Origin: Sulfurospirillum sp.
GTDB lineage: Bacteria; Campylobacterota; Campylobacteria; Campylobacterales; Sulfurospirillaceae
Assembly (NCBI GenBank): GCA_045047115.1
Contig: JASFYR010000015.1
Span: forward strand, 1-33,063
Direction: 5' to 3'
Length of the DNA stretch: 33,063 nucleotides
The notes beneath the pieces were generated by a model, which made no database searches, had not been told where the DNA came from, and was given only the letters and a program-made list of their open reading frames with translations. This document shows, piece by piece, positions 1-8,180 of the stretch. How positions within the stretch are numbered: the stretch's first letter is position 1; each line of letters begins with the position of its first letter. The translations under genes were made by a program, and so were the position numbers.

Positions 1-17
1 TGTTTTCGAATTAACAA
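1..17 (-). CDS. Probable 5' end of a gene running off the left edge (MLIRK...)
   Basis: Minus strand reads GAAGGA-CTAAC-TTG TTA ATT CGA AAA: an RBS followed by a TTG start; only 5 full codons are visible. Confidence 0.4.
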
Positions 18-140
18 GTTAGTCCTTCAAAATTTATATTTCAAATCTCACCCAAAGCTAGGCTTTTGTGGGCGTTGTTACTGTGCAGTGGTCTCATTAA
101 TGTGTAGTGTGAAAAAAACTACACAAAAACTAAATATACT

Positions 141-149
141 TGTTATAAT
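141..149 (+). promoter_or_regulatory. Extended -10 promoter (TGnTATAAT)
   Basis: TGTTATAAT upstream of the AAAAGGAA RBS and the small-ORF / two-component operon. Confidence 0.7.
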
Positions 150-176
150 ATACAAAAAATAAAAAGGAATACTAAC

Positions 177-254
177 ATGTTAAATTTTCTTGGCGTTAGC
201 CAAAGCTTTAGTAAAAAAATAAAAATAGAAACTTCTCGCCAAAGGCAACATTAA
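177..254 (+). CDS. Candidate 25-aa small ORF (MLNFLGVSQSFSKKIKIETSRQRQH)
   Basis: Strong AAAAGGAA RBS before ATG 177; its TAA (252-254) is directly followed by the in-frame ATG of the next ORF. Confidence 0.4.
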   Translation: MLNFLGVSQSFSKKIKIETSRQRQH

Positions 255-506
255 ATGAAAGATTCACAATTAACAGAGTTATATTTTGTGGTAGGAAGCC
301 CATTTAGGTATTATATGTTTGTTTTGTTGACGATGTTTGGTGGCTGGAATATAGCACAAGACATGATGAATATAATGGAGCACAATTTAGATGTAAAAGC
401 TATAGCAGGAGAATATATAGGTATCACGATTTTATCTATGGTGGGATTTTATTTGGTAAGAAAAAATGCGATAAGAAAAATAAAGCAAATTGAAAACAAA
501 AAATGA
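255..506 (+). CDS. Small hypothetical membrane protein (2 predicted TM helices, basic C-tail)
   Basis: 83-aa ORF with two hydrophobic stretches, AAAGG RBS, and ATGA overlap with the response regulator. Confidence 0.7.
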   Translation: MKDSQLTELYFVVGSPFRYYMFVLLTMFGGWNIAQDMMNIMEHNLDVKAIAGEYIGITILSMVGFYLVRKNAIRKIKQIENKK

Positions 507-1159
507 AAATTCTACTTCTTGAAGATGATTATATACTAGCAGATATACTCTATCATCATCTCAAAGAACTCTCTTATGAAGTTCTATATGTAGATGATGG
601 ACAAAGAGCTTTGGATGAAGCGAGTTTAGCAACTTTTGATCTTATGATTTTAGATATAAATGTTCCAAAAGTCAGTGGCGCCGATGTAGTTAAAAAGATA
701 CGAGAGTATAATGACACGACACCTGCCATACTCATTACTGCTTATCAAGACACAAAACATCTTAAAAACGGTTTTGAAAACGGTTGTGATGATTATATAA
801 AAAAACCCTTTGACTTAGAAGAGTTGGATTTGAGAATAAACAATATAAAAAAAAGATTTAGTATAGAAAATGATGATATCATAAAGATAGATGAAGCAAT
901 GCATATGATACCATCTAAAAATCTACTAAGTATTGATGGAGCGAAATACCAACTTGCAAAAAAAGAGATAGAAATACTTCTGTACCTTACAAGTAGAAAA
1001 AAAAGAGTAATTTCGGGTGATGAGCTTATTCAAAATCTATGGGAATTTGAAGAGATGCCGACAGATGCTACAATTAGAGTCTATATAAGAAATCTTAGAA
1101 ATACAGTGGGAAAAGAGAGAATTAAAACTGTAAGGGGAAGTGGGTATTTTTTTGAATAA
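503..1159 (+). CDS. OmpR/PhoB-family response regulator
   Basis: LLLEDD, DLMILDINVP phosphoacceptor, DDYIKKPF, winged-helix tail RVYIRNLR...IKTVRGSGY. Confidence 0.95.
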   Translation: MKILLLEDDYILADILYHHLKELSYEVLYVDDGQRALDEASLATFDLMILDINVPKVSGADVVKKIREYNDTTPAILITAYQDTKHLKNGFENGCDDYIKKPFDLEELDLRINNIKKRFSIENDDIIKIDEAMHMIPSKNLLSIDGAKYQLAKKEIEILLYLTSRKKRVISGDELIQNLWEFEEMPTDATIRVYIRNLRNTVGKERIKTVRGSGYFFE

Positions 1160-2318
1160 AGAAGAGAAAAGGGCGCTAATGGGTTTTTTAGGTATCTATA
1201 CTCTATCAGCCTTCGTGCTTATATCCATAATCGCCATACTTTACTATAACAGAGGCATAGTTTCTATCAGTGATAAATGCAGTATACAGATGAGAAATGC
1301 CTCATTGATGGCTGAAAAAGAGCTTATGCAAGCTCAAATAGATAAACAGATATACAAATTTACCCCACCGCCGGCAAATAGTGGTTTAAGACTTGGATTA
1401 TTTGATAAAGAAGGAAAAATATTGTATTCAAACCTGAAAGATAATGATATTTTTTTTTCAAAAAAAGCCTATAAAAATAACAGACACGAATACCATGTCC
1501 ATAAGCTTGGTACCCCGATTTTAGGTATCTCATATGTAGTTGCTGAAAATGATGGAAACAGAAGTGAAAAGATTAAACTAATCACTATAATTTTATCTAC
1601 TATGCTCGCATCAATCATATTTGTCTTATTTATAGGGTATCTTTTGAGTAAAGTGCTTTTAAAGCCTATCAAAGAGAGGATAAAAAAACTAAATCGCTTC
1701 ATAAGAGACAGTTCTCATGAGTTAAATACTCCTGTTTCGGCACTCATTATGAGCGCATCTTCTATAAAGAATTCAAAAGAGTTAAATCCAAGAGTGCTAA
1801 AGCATATATCTGTAAGTGCAAAACTAATTTCACAGATCTACAACACTCTCTCTTTTGTAGCGTTTAATGATATAGATGAGAGATATGATGAAAAATTTGA
1901 CTTAAAAGAGTTGGTTGAAGAGAGTGTTAGATTTTTTGATGAGATAGTAAAAAGCAGAGGAAATACTATAGAGTGTTCACTAGAGAACACTCCCATTTTT
2001 TTAGATAAAACAAGGATTCAAAAAGTCATCAACAACCTTCTCTCAAATGCTTTGAAATATTCATTTTCAAAGAGTAAAATTGAGGTGATACTAAAGGATT
2101 ATACTCTTTGCATCATCAATGAGGGCGAGGGCATAAATGAAGAAGACCAAAAAGCAATCTTCAAAAGATTTGAAAGAAGAAGCAAGAGCGAAGGTGGCTT
2201 TGGCATAGGATTAGACATAGTACAGAGTGTTTGCAATGAGTATAATATCAAGATAGAAGTAGAATCTATTCAAAATCAAAAAACCACCTTCTACCTTATG
2301 TTTTCTAAGAACATATAG
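1140..2318 (+). CDS. Membrane sensor histidine kinase (HisKA + HATPase_c); true start may be TTG at 1152
   Basis: Two TM helices, H-box SSHELNTP, N-box NLLSNALKYS, G-box GGFGIGL; overlaps the regulator stop. Confidence 0.95.
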   Translation: MGIFLNKEEKRALMGFLGIYTLSAFVLISIIAILYYNRGIVSISDKCSIQMRNASLMAEKELMQAQIDKQIYKFTPPPANSGLRLGLFDKEGKILYSNLKDNDIFFSKKAYKNNRHEYHVHKLGTPILGISYVVAENDGNRSEKIKLITIILSTMLASIIFVLFIGYLLSKVLLKPIKERIKKLNRFIRDSSHELNTPVSALIMSASSIKNSKELNPRVLKHISVSAKLISQIYNTLSFVAFNDIDERYDEKFDLKELVEESVRFFDEIVKSRGNTIECSLENTPIFLDKTRIQKVINNLLSNALKYSFSKSKIEVILKDYTLCIINEGEGINEEDQKAIFKRFERRSKSEGGFGIGLDIVQSVCNEYNIKIEVESIQNQKTTFYLMFSKNI

Positions 2319-2333
2319 ACTAAAATTTTAATT

Positions 2334-3368
2334 TTAGGTGCTGGGCCAAAAATTGTTGCAGTCTCTAATCTTCCTTTGTATATTTTTTGCCTGCGTGATT
2401 TCAGTAACTAATGCTACAGTTTTTGCGCCGGCTTTTAACACCTCTTGTATGTTGTGCTCTTTGATGCCTCCTATTACTACAAAAGGTATCTCTATATTTT
2501 TAGCAACAAACTCAAGATATTCTATGCCGACAGTTGGATAGTCCTTTGTATTTGTGTCATATATTGGACCTACTCCGATGTAATCAGCTCCCAACTCGAC
2601 AGCTTCCAGTGCTTGCTCTTTTGAGTGGGTGGAGAGTCCAATGAGCATCTCGTCTCCCACAAGTTGTCTTACCTCGTTTATGGGCCAGTCGTCCTGTCCT
2701 ACATGTACGCCGTCTGACTCAACCATCAACGCAAGCTCTGCATGGTCATTGATGATAAAGAGGACATTTGCTTTTTTTGTCATTTCTCTTAAGATTTTTG
2801 CCTCTTGGAACATCTCTTTGAAAGATTTGTCTTTTTCTCTGTATTGGATGACTTTTATGCCGGCTTCTATCATCCCTTGCGCTACTTCTATATTGCTTCT
2901 ACCATTTGAATATTTGCTAAAAGTTATACCATAAATTCCATGAGGAAGTCTCTTTTTCTTTGCAAAACTCAAAACCTCTTTTTCCAGATAGTACAATTCA
3001 TATCTTAGGCTCTCGCACTTTTTGCTTGTCTTGTACATGCCATCTATGGTTTTGCTTATCTCTTCTATGACCCTTATGGCTTCCAATGCTCTTTTAAAAT
3101 TTGCTGTTATGACTTGGGCTAGGTTCTCTTTTTGATCAAGATTGCTCTCTTTTGTGATTTTTGTACCTATATCGTGGGCAGAGTCTCTGCAATTTAGCAT
3201 CTCAAAATTTAAATCTTTTAGATTTTTTCTTATCTGATGTCTTAATTCTCTCAATTTTTTAGAAAGTCTTTCATTTTCGTAATCAAACCTGCATATATCC
3301 TCAACTACTCTTATGCCCTCAGCTGCTCTGTTTACATTTGCATCTAAAATTCTATAGGTTTTTTTCAT
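2334..3368 (-). CDS. thiE: Thiamine-phosphate synthase with N-terminal ThiD2-type (HMP-P kinase) domain
   Basis: N-terminal RILDANVNRAAEGIRVVED typical of ThiD2; C-terminal IQYREK, IINDH, GVHVGQDD, GLSTH, PIYDTNTK, IGGI ThiE motifs. Confidence 0.92.
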   Translation of the reverse strand: MKKTYRILDANVNRAAEGIRVVEDICRFDYENERLSKKLRELRHQIRKNLKDLNFEMLNCRDSAHDIGTKITKESNLDQKENLAQVITANFKRALEAIRVIEEISKTIDGMYKTSKKCESLRYELYYLEKEVLSFAKKKRLPHGIYGITFSKYSNGRSNIEVAQGMIEAGIKVIQYREKDKSFKEMFQEAKILREMTKKANVLFIINDHAELALMVESDGVHVGQDDWPINEVRQLVGDEMLIGLSTHSKEQALEAVELGADYIGVGPIYDTNTKDYPTVGIEYLEFVAKNIEIPFVVIGGIKEHNIQEVLKAGAKTVALVTEITQAKNIQRKIRDCNNFWPST

Positions 3369-3441
3369 TAATTATTTCCTTTCTTGTGGGCAAAGCCCAT
3401 AAAAATTCCTTGTACTAAAGTTTACACTTTGTGTAGAATTT

Positions 3442-4542
3442 TTATATATTCTCCCAGTTTTTATATACAGGCTCGTAACCTAACTTTTGGATTTTTTCTA
3501 TCACTTCATCACTCTCTCGTCTATCTGAAATCTCAAACTGAGGTTCTGTTTTTGCCAATGTATAGCCTCCAACCTCTGTTTTGGAGCCTGCAGAAAATTT
3601 TGTAGCGCAAATTCCTAAAAGATTATCCCTGAAATCTGCATCTTCTCTAGTGGATATATTTATCTCAACTCTTGGCAAAAATAGTCTGTATGCACACATA
3701 ATTTGTACAAATGTTACATCATCAAGTATGACATTTGGCTTAAAACCACCCTCGGCATCGTTTATGCGGGGAAGCGAGAGACCGAGTTCGCATTCCAGGT
3801 ATTTGTCACCGAGATATTTGGCATGAAGTCCACTGAAAAATGCCTCTTTTTCTATGTTGCCTATACCAAAAAGAGCTCCTATATTTATGTTTCTAAATCC
3901 CGCTTTTGCACCGCGTTCAGGTGTCTCTAGTCTATAGTGATAATCTGCTTTTTCACCACTTATATGTACACTTTTATATAGCTTTTTATCGTAAACTTCT
4001 TGATATACCGTCAGTCCGTCAACTCCTGCGCTAAAAAGAGTTTTATAATCTCGGGTACTCATGGGAAACACTTCGATAGCCACAAAGCTAAAATATCTTT
4101 TTAAAATTTTAGTGACATCAACAAGGTAGCTAAGAGATGTCATTTTTCTTGATTCGCCCGTGAGAAAAAGTATATGTTTTATTCCCGTTTTGGCTATCTC
4201 TTTTGCTTCGTTCTCTACTTCTTCCAAAGAGAGTTTTTTTCTTTTTATCTTGTTTTTTTTGCTAAAACCACAATACAGGCAATCACTACTACAGTAATTG
4301 GACACATATATAGGGAGATAGAGATTTATGGTGTATCCAAAATTTGCCACAGTTACTTTGTGAGCCTTTTGAGCCATTCTTTCTATATGATTTTTTGCCT
4401 TTGGTGAGAGAAGATTGAGAAAATCAAGATAACTTAACTCTTTTTTCTCTAAAGACTTTAGCACCATACTGTCATCTACATTTTTAAAGTAAGTTTCAAA
4501 ATCAAAAGTTTCAAACTTATCTAAAATATCTAAAAAACTCAT
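3442..4542 (-). CDS. thiH: 2-iminoacetate synthase (radical SAM tyrosine lyase)
   Basis: CxxxCxxC (NYCSSDCLYCGF), YQEVY, ISTRE, SAGSKTEVGGY, QFEISD; start set at ATG 4542 because of the ATGA overlap with the thiG stop. Confidence 0.95.
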   Translation of the reverse strand: MSFLDILDKFETFDFETYFKNVDDSMVLKSLEKKELSYLDFLNLLSPKAKNHIERMAQKAHKVTVANFGYTINLYLPIYVSNYCSSDCLYCGFSKKNKIKRKKLSLEEVENEAKEIAKTGIKHILFLTGESRKMTSLSYLVDVTKILKRYFSFVAIEVFPMSTRDYKTLFSAGVDGLTVYQEVYDKKLYKSVHISGEKADYHYRLETPERGAKAGFRNINIGALFGIGNIEKEAFFSGLHAKYLGDKYLECELGLSLPRINDAEGGFKPNVILDDVTFVQIMCAYRLFLPRVEINISTREDADFRDNLLGICATKFSAGSKTEVGGYTLAKTEPQFEISDRRESDEVIEKIQKLGYEPVYKNWENI

Positions 4543-5306
4543 AGATTTAAAAATCCCGTAAGTGGTGAAGAAGCACACGCGTAACTCTTTTGTTCCTCTA
4601 TTTTTGCAAGATATGCCATCCTCCCTGCTTTAACTGCTAAAGAAAATGCTTCGCCTGCAAGAGCCGGATTTTGAGCGGTGGCTATGGCCGTATTTATAAG
4701 CACAGCATCTGCTCCCATCTCCATAGCTTGTGATGCATGCGAAGGTGCTCCTATGCCTGCATCTACGATGACAGGTATATTGCTGTTTGCTATAATCATT
4801 TCCAAGAGACTCTTTGTCTGTAAGCCCGCATTTGAACCTATGGGCGATCCTAGAGGCATCACAGTGCTAGCTCCCGCATCTTCTAGTTTTTTGCATGTGA
4901 TTATATCGGGAGTGATATATGGCAGGACTGTGAAACCCTCTTTTGCTAGAATCTTGGTGGCTTTTATAGTCTCTTCATTGTCCGGCATGAGATATTTTGC
5001 ATCATGAATGACCTCTATCTTTATAAAATTTCCACACCCAAACTCTCTGGCTATATGGGCTATCCTCACAGCTTCTTTTGCATCTCTTGCTCCTGATGTG
5101 TTTGGAAGAAGTGTTATATTTTTTGGTATGTAGCCTAGTATATTGTCTTGCGGATTTTCAAGATTTACTCTTCTTAGAGCTATGGTTATTATCTGCGAAC
5201 CACTCTTTTTTAGCATCTTCGATATATCATTTTTGTCTCTAAATTTTCCTGTACCACTCAGCAATCTACTTTCAAACTCTTTTGTCCCAATCCTTAGTTT
5301 ATCCAT
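4539..5306 (-). CDS. thiG: Thiazole synthase
   Basis: SRLLSGTGKF, LPNTSGA, IKIEV, MPLGSPIGS, VDAGIG, ASSPLTGFL; ATG 5306 has a GGAGG RBS inside the end of thiS. Confidence 0.97.
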   Translation of the reverse strand: MDKLRIGTKEFESRLLSGTGKFRDKNDISKMLKKSGSQIITIALRRVNLENPQDNILGYIPKNITLLPNTSGARDAKEAVRIAHIAREFGCGNFIKIEVIHDAKYLMPDNEETIKATKILAKEGFTVLPYITPDIITCKKLEDAGASTVMPLGSPIGSNAGLQTKSLLEMIIANSNIPVIVDAGIGAPSHASQAMEMGADAVLINTAIATAQNPALAGEAFSLAVKAGRMAYLAKIEEQKSYACASSPLTGFLNL

Positions 5307-5307
5307 T

Positions 5308-5511
5308 TTATCCACCTCCCATAAAAGTTATAATCTCTACATTGTCACCATCTTTTAGGATAAAATCCTCCCAAGTATCTCTTTTGACAATTTCTAGGTT
5401 TACCTCTAAAACTATCCCCTTTGGATCAAGTTTCAGTATAGTGATCAAATCTTTCAAAGATGAATTTTTTGAGAGTTCTTTCTCTTTTTTGTTTAGCATA
5501 ATTTTCAGCAT
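5308..5511 (-). CDS. thiS: Sulfur carrier protein
   Basis: 67 aa, ends in LKDGDNVEIITFMGGG (C-terminal GG); first gene after the TPP riboswitch. Confidence 0.95.
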   Translation of the reverse strand: MLKIMLNKKEKELSKNSSLKDLITILKLDPKGIVLEVNLEIVKRDTWEDFILKDGDNVEIITFMGGG

Positions 5512-5574
5512 CTGTTTGCCTTAAAAGTAAATTTACTGCTTTGGATATACTCTTTGGGAGAAGTTGTGAAGTGT

Positions 5575-5660
5575 TCGCTTTCCTACGCTGGTATTATCCA
5601 TATTCAGGTTCAAGGGTTAGAGACAAAATCTCTTCTCAGCAAAAAATGCACCCCTAGCAG
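5575..5660 (-). promoter_or_regulatory. TPP (THI-box) riboswitch
   Basis: Minus strand CTAGGGGTGC...GCTGAGA...ACCCTTGAACCTGA...GGATAATACCAGCGTAGGAAAG matches the TPP aptamer consensus; lies upstream of thiS, with a TAAAAT -10 at 5674-5679. Confidence 0.95.
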
Positions 5661-5690
5661 GTTTTGTGGTAGTATTTTACTCTGTTTTTC

Positions 5691-8102
5691 TTATAGTTTT
5701 CTTATGATTTCTTTCATGTCTTCTATATCTTGGATTTCTTTCATGCTGATTTTCTGAAAACCTATAGTGATTATTTTATTGTTAAAAAGTTTATTATCGA
5801 GGATATCTGTTTTGGATATGTTTGGATCGTTCTTTACTAGGATAATAAAATCATCTCCTTGTACTCTAAAGACTTTATCAGTTTTAAATTTATGCTTTAG
5901 CAATTTTACAAAATTTGCTAAAAATTCATCTCCGCTTTCCCAGCCAAATATATGATTATAGGTAGTAAAATCTTTTAGATTTATAGTGAAAGCGGAGTTG
6001 TAGATACTTGCTCTGTTTTCTATAAAAAGGTATCTTAAGAAATTTTTATTGTAACAATCTACCGAACTATCTTTGAAGAAATATGAAAACCTAGCCTCTT
6101 CAAGTGAATTTAGCGGCATTTGGTATATATTGTCCTTTAAAGAAATGTCTTGAAAGTATTTTATAGCCATATCTATAATCTTAGCTGAAAAGTGTATGTC
6201 TCTTAGAGATTCCAGCTCTTCAAGTGCAATTTTTTTGCTCTTTGCCTGTTTGTATATCCTATTTGTTGTCATAGCATCAAATGTATCTGCGATAGAAAGT
6301 ATCTGTGACAACAGTGGAATATCCTCTCCTTTGAGACCATCAGGGTATCCACTTCCATCATATTTTTCGTGATGATATAGTATGATTTTTATCTCCTCTT
6401 TTAAAAATGAGATATCCTTGAGCATATTGTATGCTGCTTTTGGGTGTTCTTTGACTATATCATATTCTATTTTTGTTAGTTTGGCCGGCTTCAATAAGAT
6501 AGCATCCGGAATTTTAATTTTCCCTATATCGTGTACGAGTGAAGCTTTTTTTAGAATGTCTATATCATTTTGGTCTAAATTTAGATTTTTTGCTATACCT
6601 ATACTGTATCTTTGCACTCTTTCATCGTGTCCTGCAGTATATGGATCTCTTGCTTCAACTGCCTTGTTTAGAGATTCTATTATCTGCTCATAACTTTTTT
6701 CTTTATCTCTCTTAAGCTTTTCCATGGTTAAAAGCAAGCCTATATCCCCGCTAAGCTCTTTTATGAGAGCGACTTCTCTGTCTTTAAAGCCTTCAGGATT
6801 GTTTATAAATACAGATATGATGTATGACAGCTGTTTGTCAACAAAAATTGGTGTGGACATACTATAGGAAAAGCCACAACTGATCGCATTTGAAAAGAGT
6901 TTTGTATTTTTAATGCTTCTCACAGAGGACTTTTTCTCTTTATAAGCTTCAGCTAAAAAAGGAATTTCAAAAACAGATTTGTTTTTGAAAAATAGATTTA
7001 GATTTTTTTTAGTATGTTCACACTTGCTTCTAGCAATGATATTTATGAAAGCTTGTTTGTCTATGTGAGTTATCATGCAAAAAGAATAGAGTGAATTTTC
7101 AGTGATTCTGCAACAAATATTGTTTAGTTTATCCTTGATATTTATCTCTTCAATCAATATCTGATTTACATCCTTGACAGTCTCTATGATGCCTGTGAGA
7201 TAGAGTTGATCGTTTAAATTTTTTTTGATACGGTTTTTTGAATCTAAAAGCTCTTTGGTGGCTTTTTTAACCCTGGAATTAAGTAGTTTATTTATGTACA
7301 TAAGTATCAGGGAAAAAGTGATTAAAAACAATATCGTAAAAATTATAAACTTAAGATAAGGTCTGGTCGGTTTGATGCTCAAATATTGATTCAAAATTTT
7401 ATAATACTGCGATTTATTGTCTATTTTATAGTTTTCAATTGTACTATCTAGCAGTTTTTTGAGTTTCATATCTTTTTTCTTTAATGCAAATGTAATATCT
7501 GTCGGTTTAAAGATGATGCTGCTCTCCTCTATGGAAGGAAATTTACTATACATGCTGTATTCCAAAAGTCTGCCTCCAACACCAGCAAAGACCTTCCCGT
7601 CTCGCAAAGCTTTAAATATATCTGTGTATGTATCAAAATAGACTACTTTTATATTGGTTTTAAACTCTTTTGCCATTTTAATAAAAGGTTTGATGTATAT
7701 ATCGTTTTTTAAGAGTGCGATTTTTTTATCTCTAAGTAGTGTAAAATTTCTTAATTCAGAGCCATCTTTTACATAAACAACACCCCAGTTGGACAAGATG
7801 TTTTCATCCAAAAAGAGCATTTGTTTTGCTCTTTTTGGAGAGTATGCTATGGGACCGAGCAAATCAATCTTGCCATCTATTAAAAGTTTGAGACATTCTG
7901 CAAACTTACAATGAGTAAAGTTTAGCTTGAGAGATTTTTCTTTAGATATGTTTTTTAATATATCTATAAAAAGGCCTTTTGTTTTTTGTGTTTTTGAGTC
8001 TGTAAAGGTCAAGGGAGGATTTTCATAAATCCCTACTTTTATAGTTGTTGGCGATGCAAGAGATATAGAGAAAAATAATAAAATTAAAAATAAATTTTTC
8101 AT
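5691..8102 (-). CDS. Membrane HD-GYP c-di-GMP phosphodiesterase with periplasmic solute-binding (PBPb-like) domain, GAF-like region and degenerate C-terminal GGDEF
   Basis: Signal peptide, VGIYENPP...GLFIDIL (SBP family 3-like), one TM helix, ARDPYTAGH, VHDIGK, HHEKYDGSGYPDGL, IADTFDAMT; C-terminal FRVQGDDF. Confidence 0.88.
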   Translation of the reverse strand: MKNLFLILLFFSISLASPTTIKVGIYENPPLTFTDSKTQKTKGLFIDILKNISKEKSLKLNFTHCKFAECLKLLIDGKIDLLGPIAYSPKRAKQMLFLDENILSNWGVVYVKDGSELRNFTLLRDKKIALLKNDIYIKPFIKMAKEFKTNIKVVYFDTYTDIFKALRDGKVFAGVGGRLLEYSMYSKFPSIEESSIIFKPTDITFALKKKDMKLKKLLDSTIENYKIDNKSQYYKILNQYLSIKPTRPYLKFIIFTILFLITFSLILMYINKLLNSRVKKATKELLDSKNRIKKNLNDQLYLTGIIETVKDVNQILIEEINIKDKLNNICCRITENSLYSFCMITHIDKQAFINIIARSKCEHTKKNLNLFFKNKSVFEIPFLAEAYKEKKSSVRSIKNTKLFSNAISCGFSYSMSTPIFVDKQLSYIISVFINNPEGFKDREVALIKELSGDIGLLLTMEKLKRDKEKSYEQIIESLNKAVEARDPYTAGHDERVQRYSIGIAKNLNLDQNDIDILKKASLVHDIGKIKIPDAILLKPAKLTKIEYDIVKEHPKAAYNMLKDISFLKEEIKIILYHHEKYDGSGYPDGLKGEDIPLLSQILSIADTFDAMTTNRIYKQAKSKKIALEELESLRDIHFSAKIIDMAIKYFQDISLKDNIYQMPLNSLEEARFSYFFKDSSVDCYNKNFLRYLFIENRASIYNSAFTINLKDFTTYNHIFGWESGDEFLANFVKLLKHKFKTDKVFRVQGDDFIILVKNDPNISKTDILDNKLFNNKIITIGFQKISMKEIQDIEDMKEIIRKL

Positions 8103-8112
8103 AAAAAAACCA

Positions 8113-8146
8113 AAATGTTAAGGTGTTTTATTCTACCTTAACATTT
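8113..8146 (-). terminator. 12-bp perfect inverted repeat; likely pit terminator and/or operator
   Basis: AAATGTTAAGGT-N10-ACCTTAACATTT followed on the minus strand by a T-rich run. Confidence 0.55.
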
Positions 8147-8180
8147 CTTAAAATGTTCGTATTTTTTATTATTACCAACG

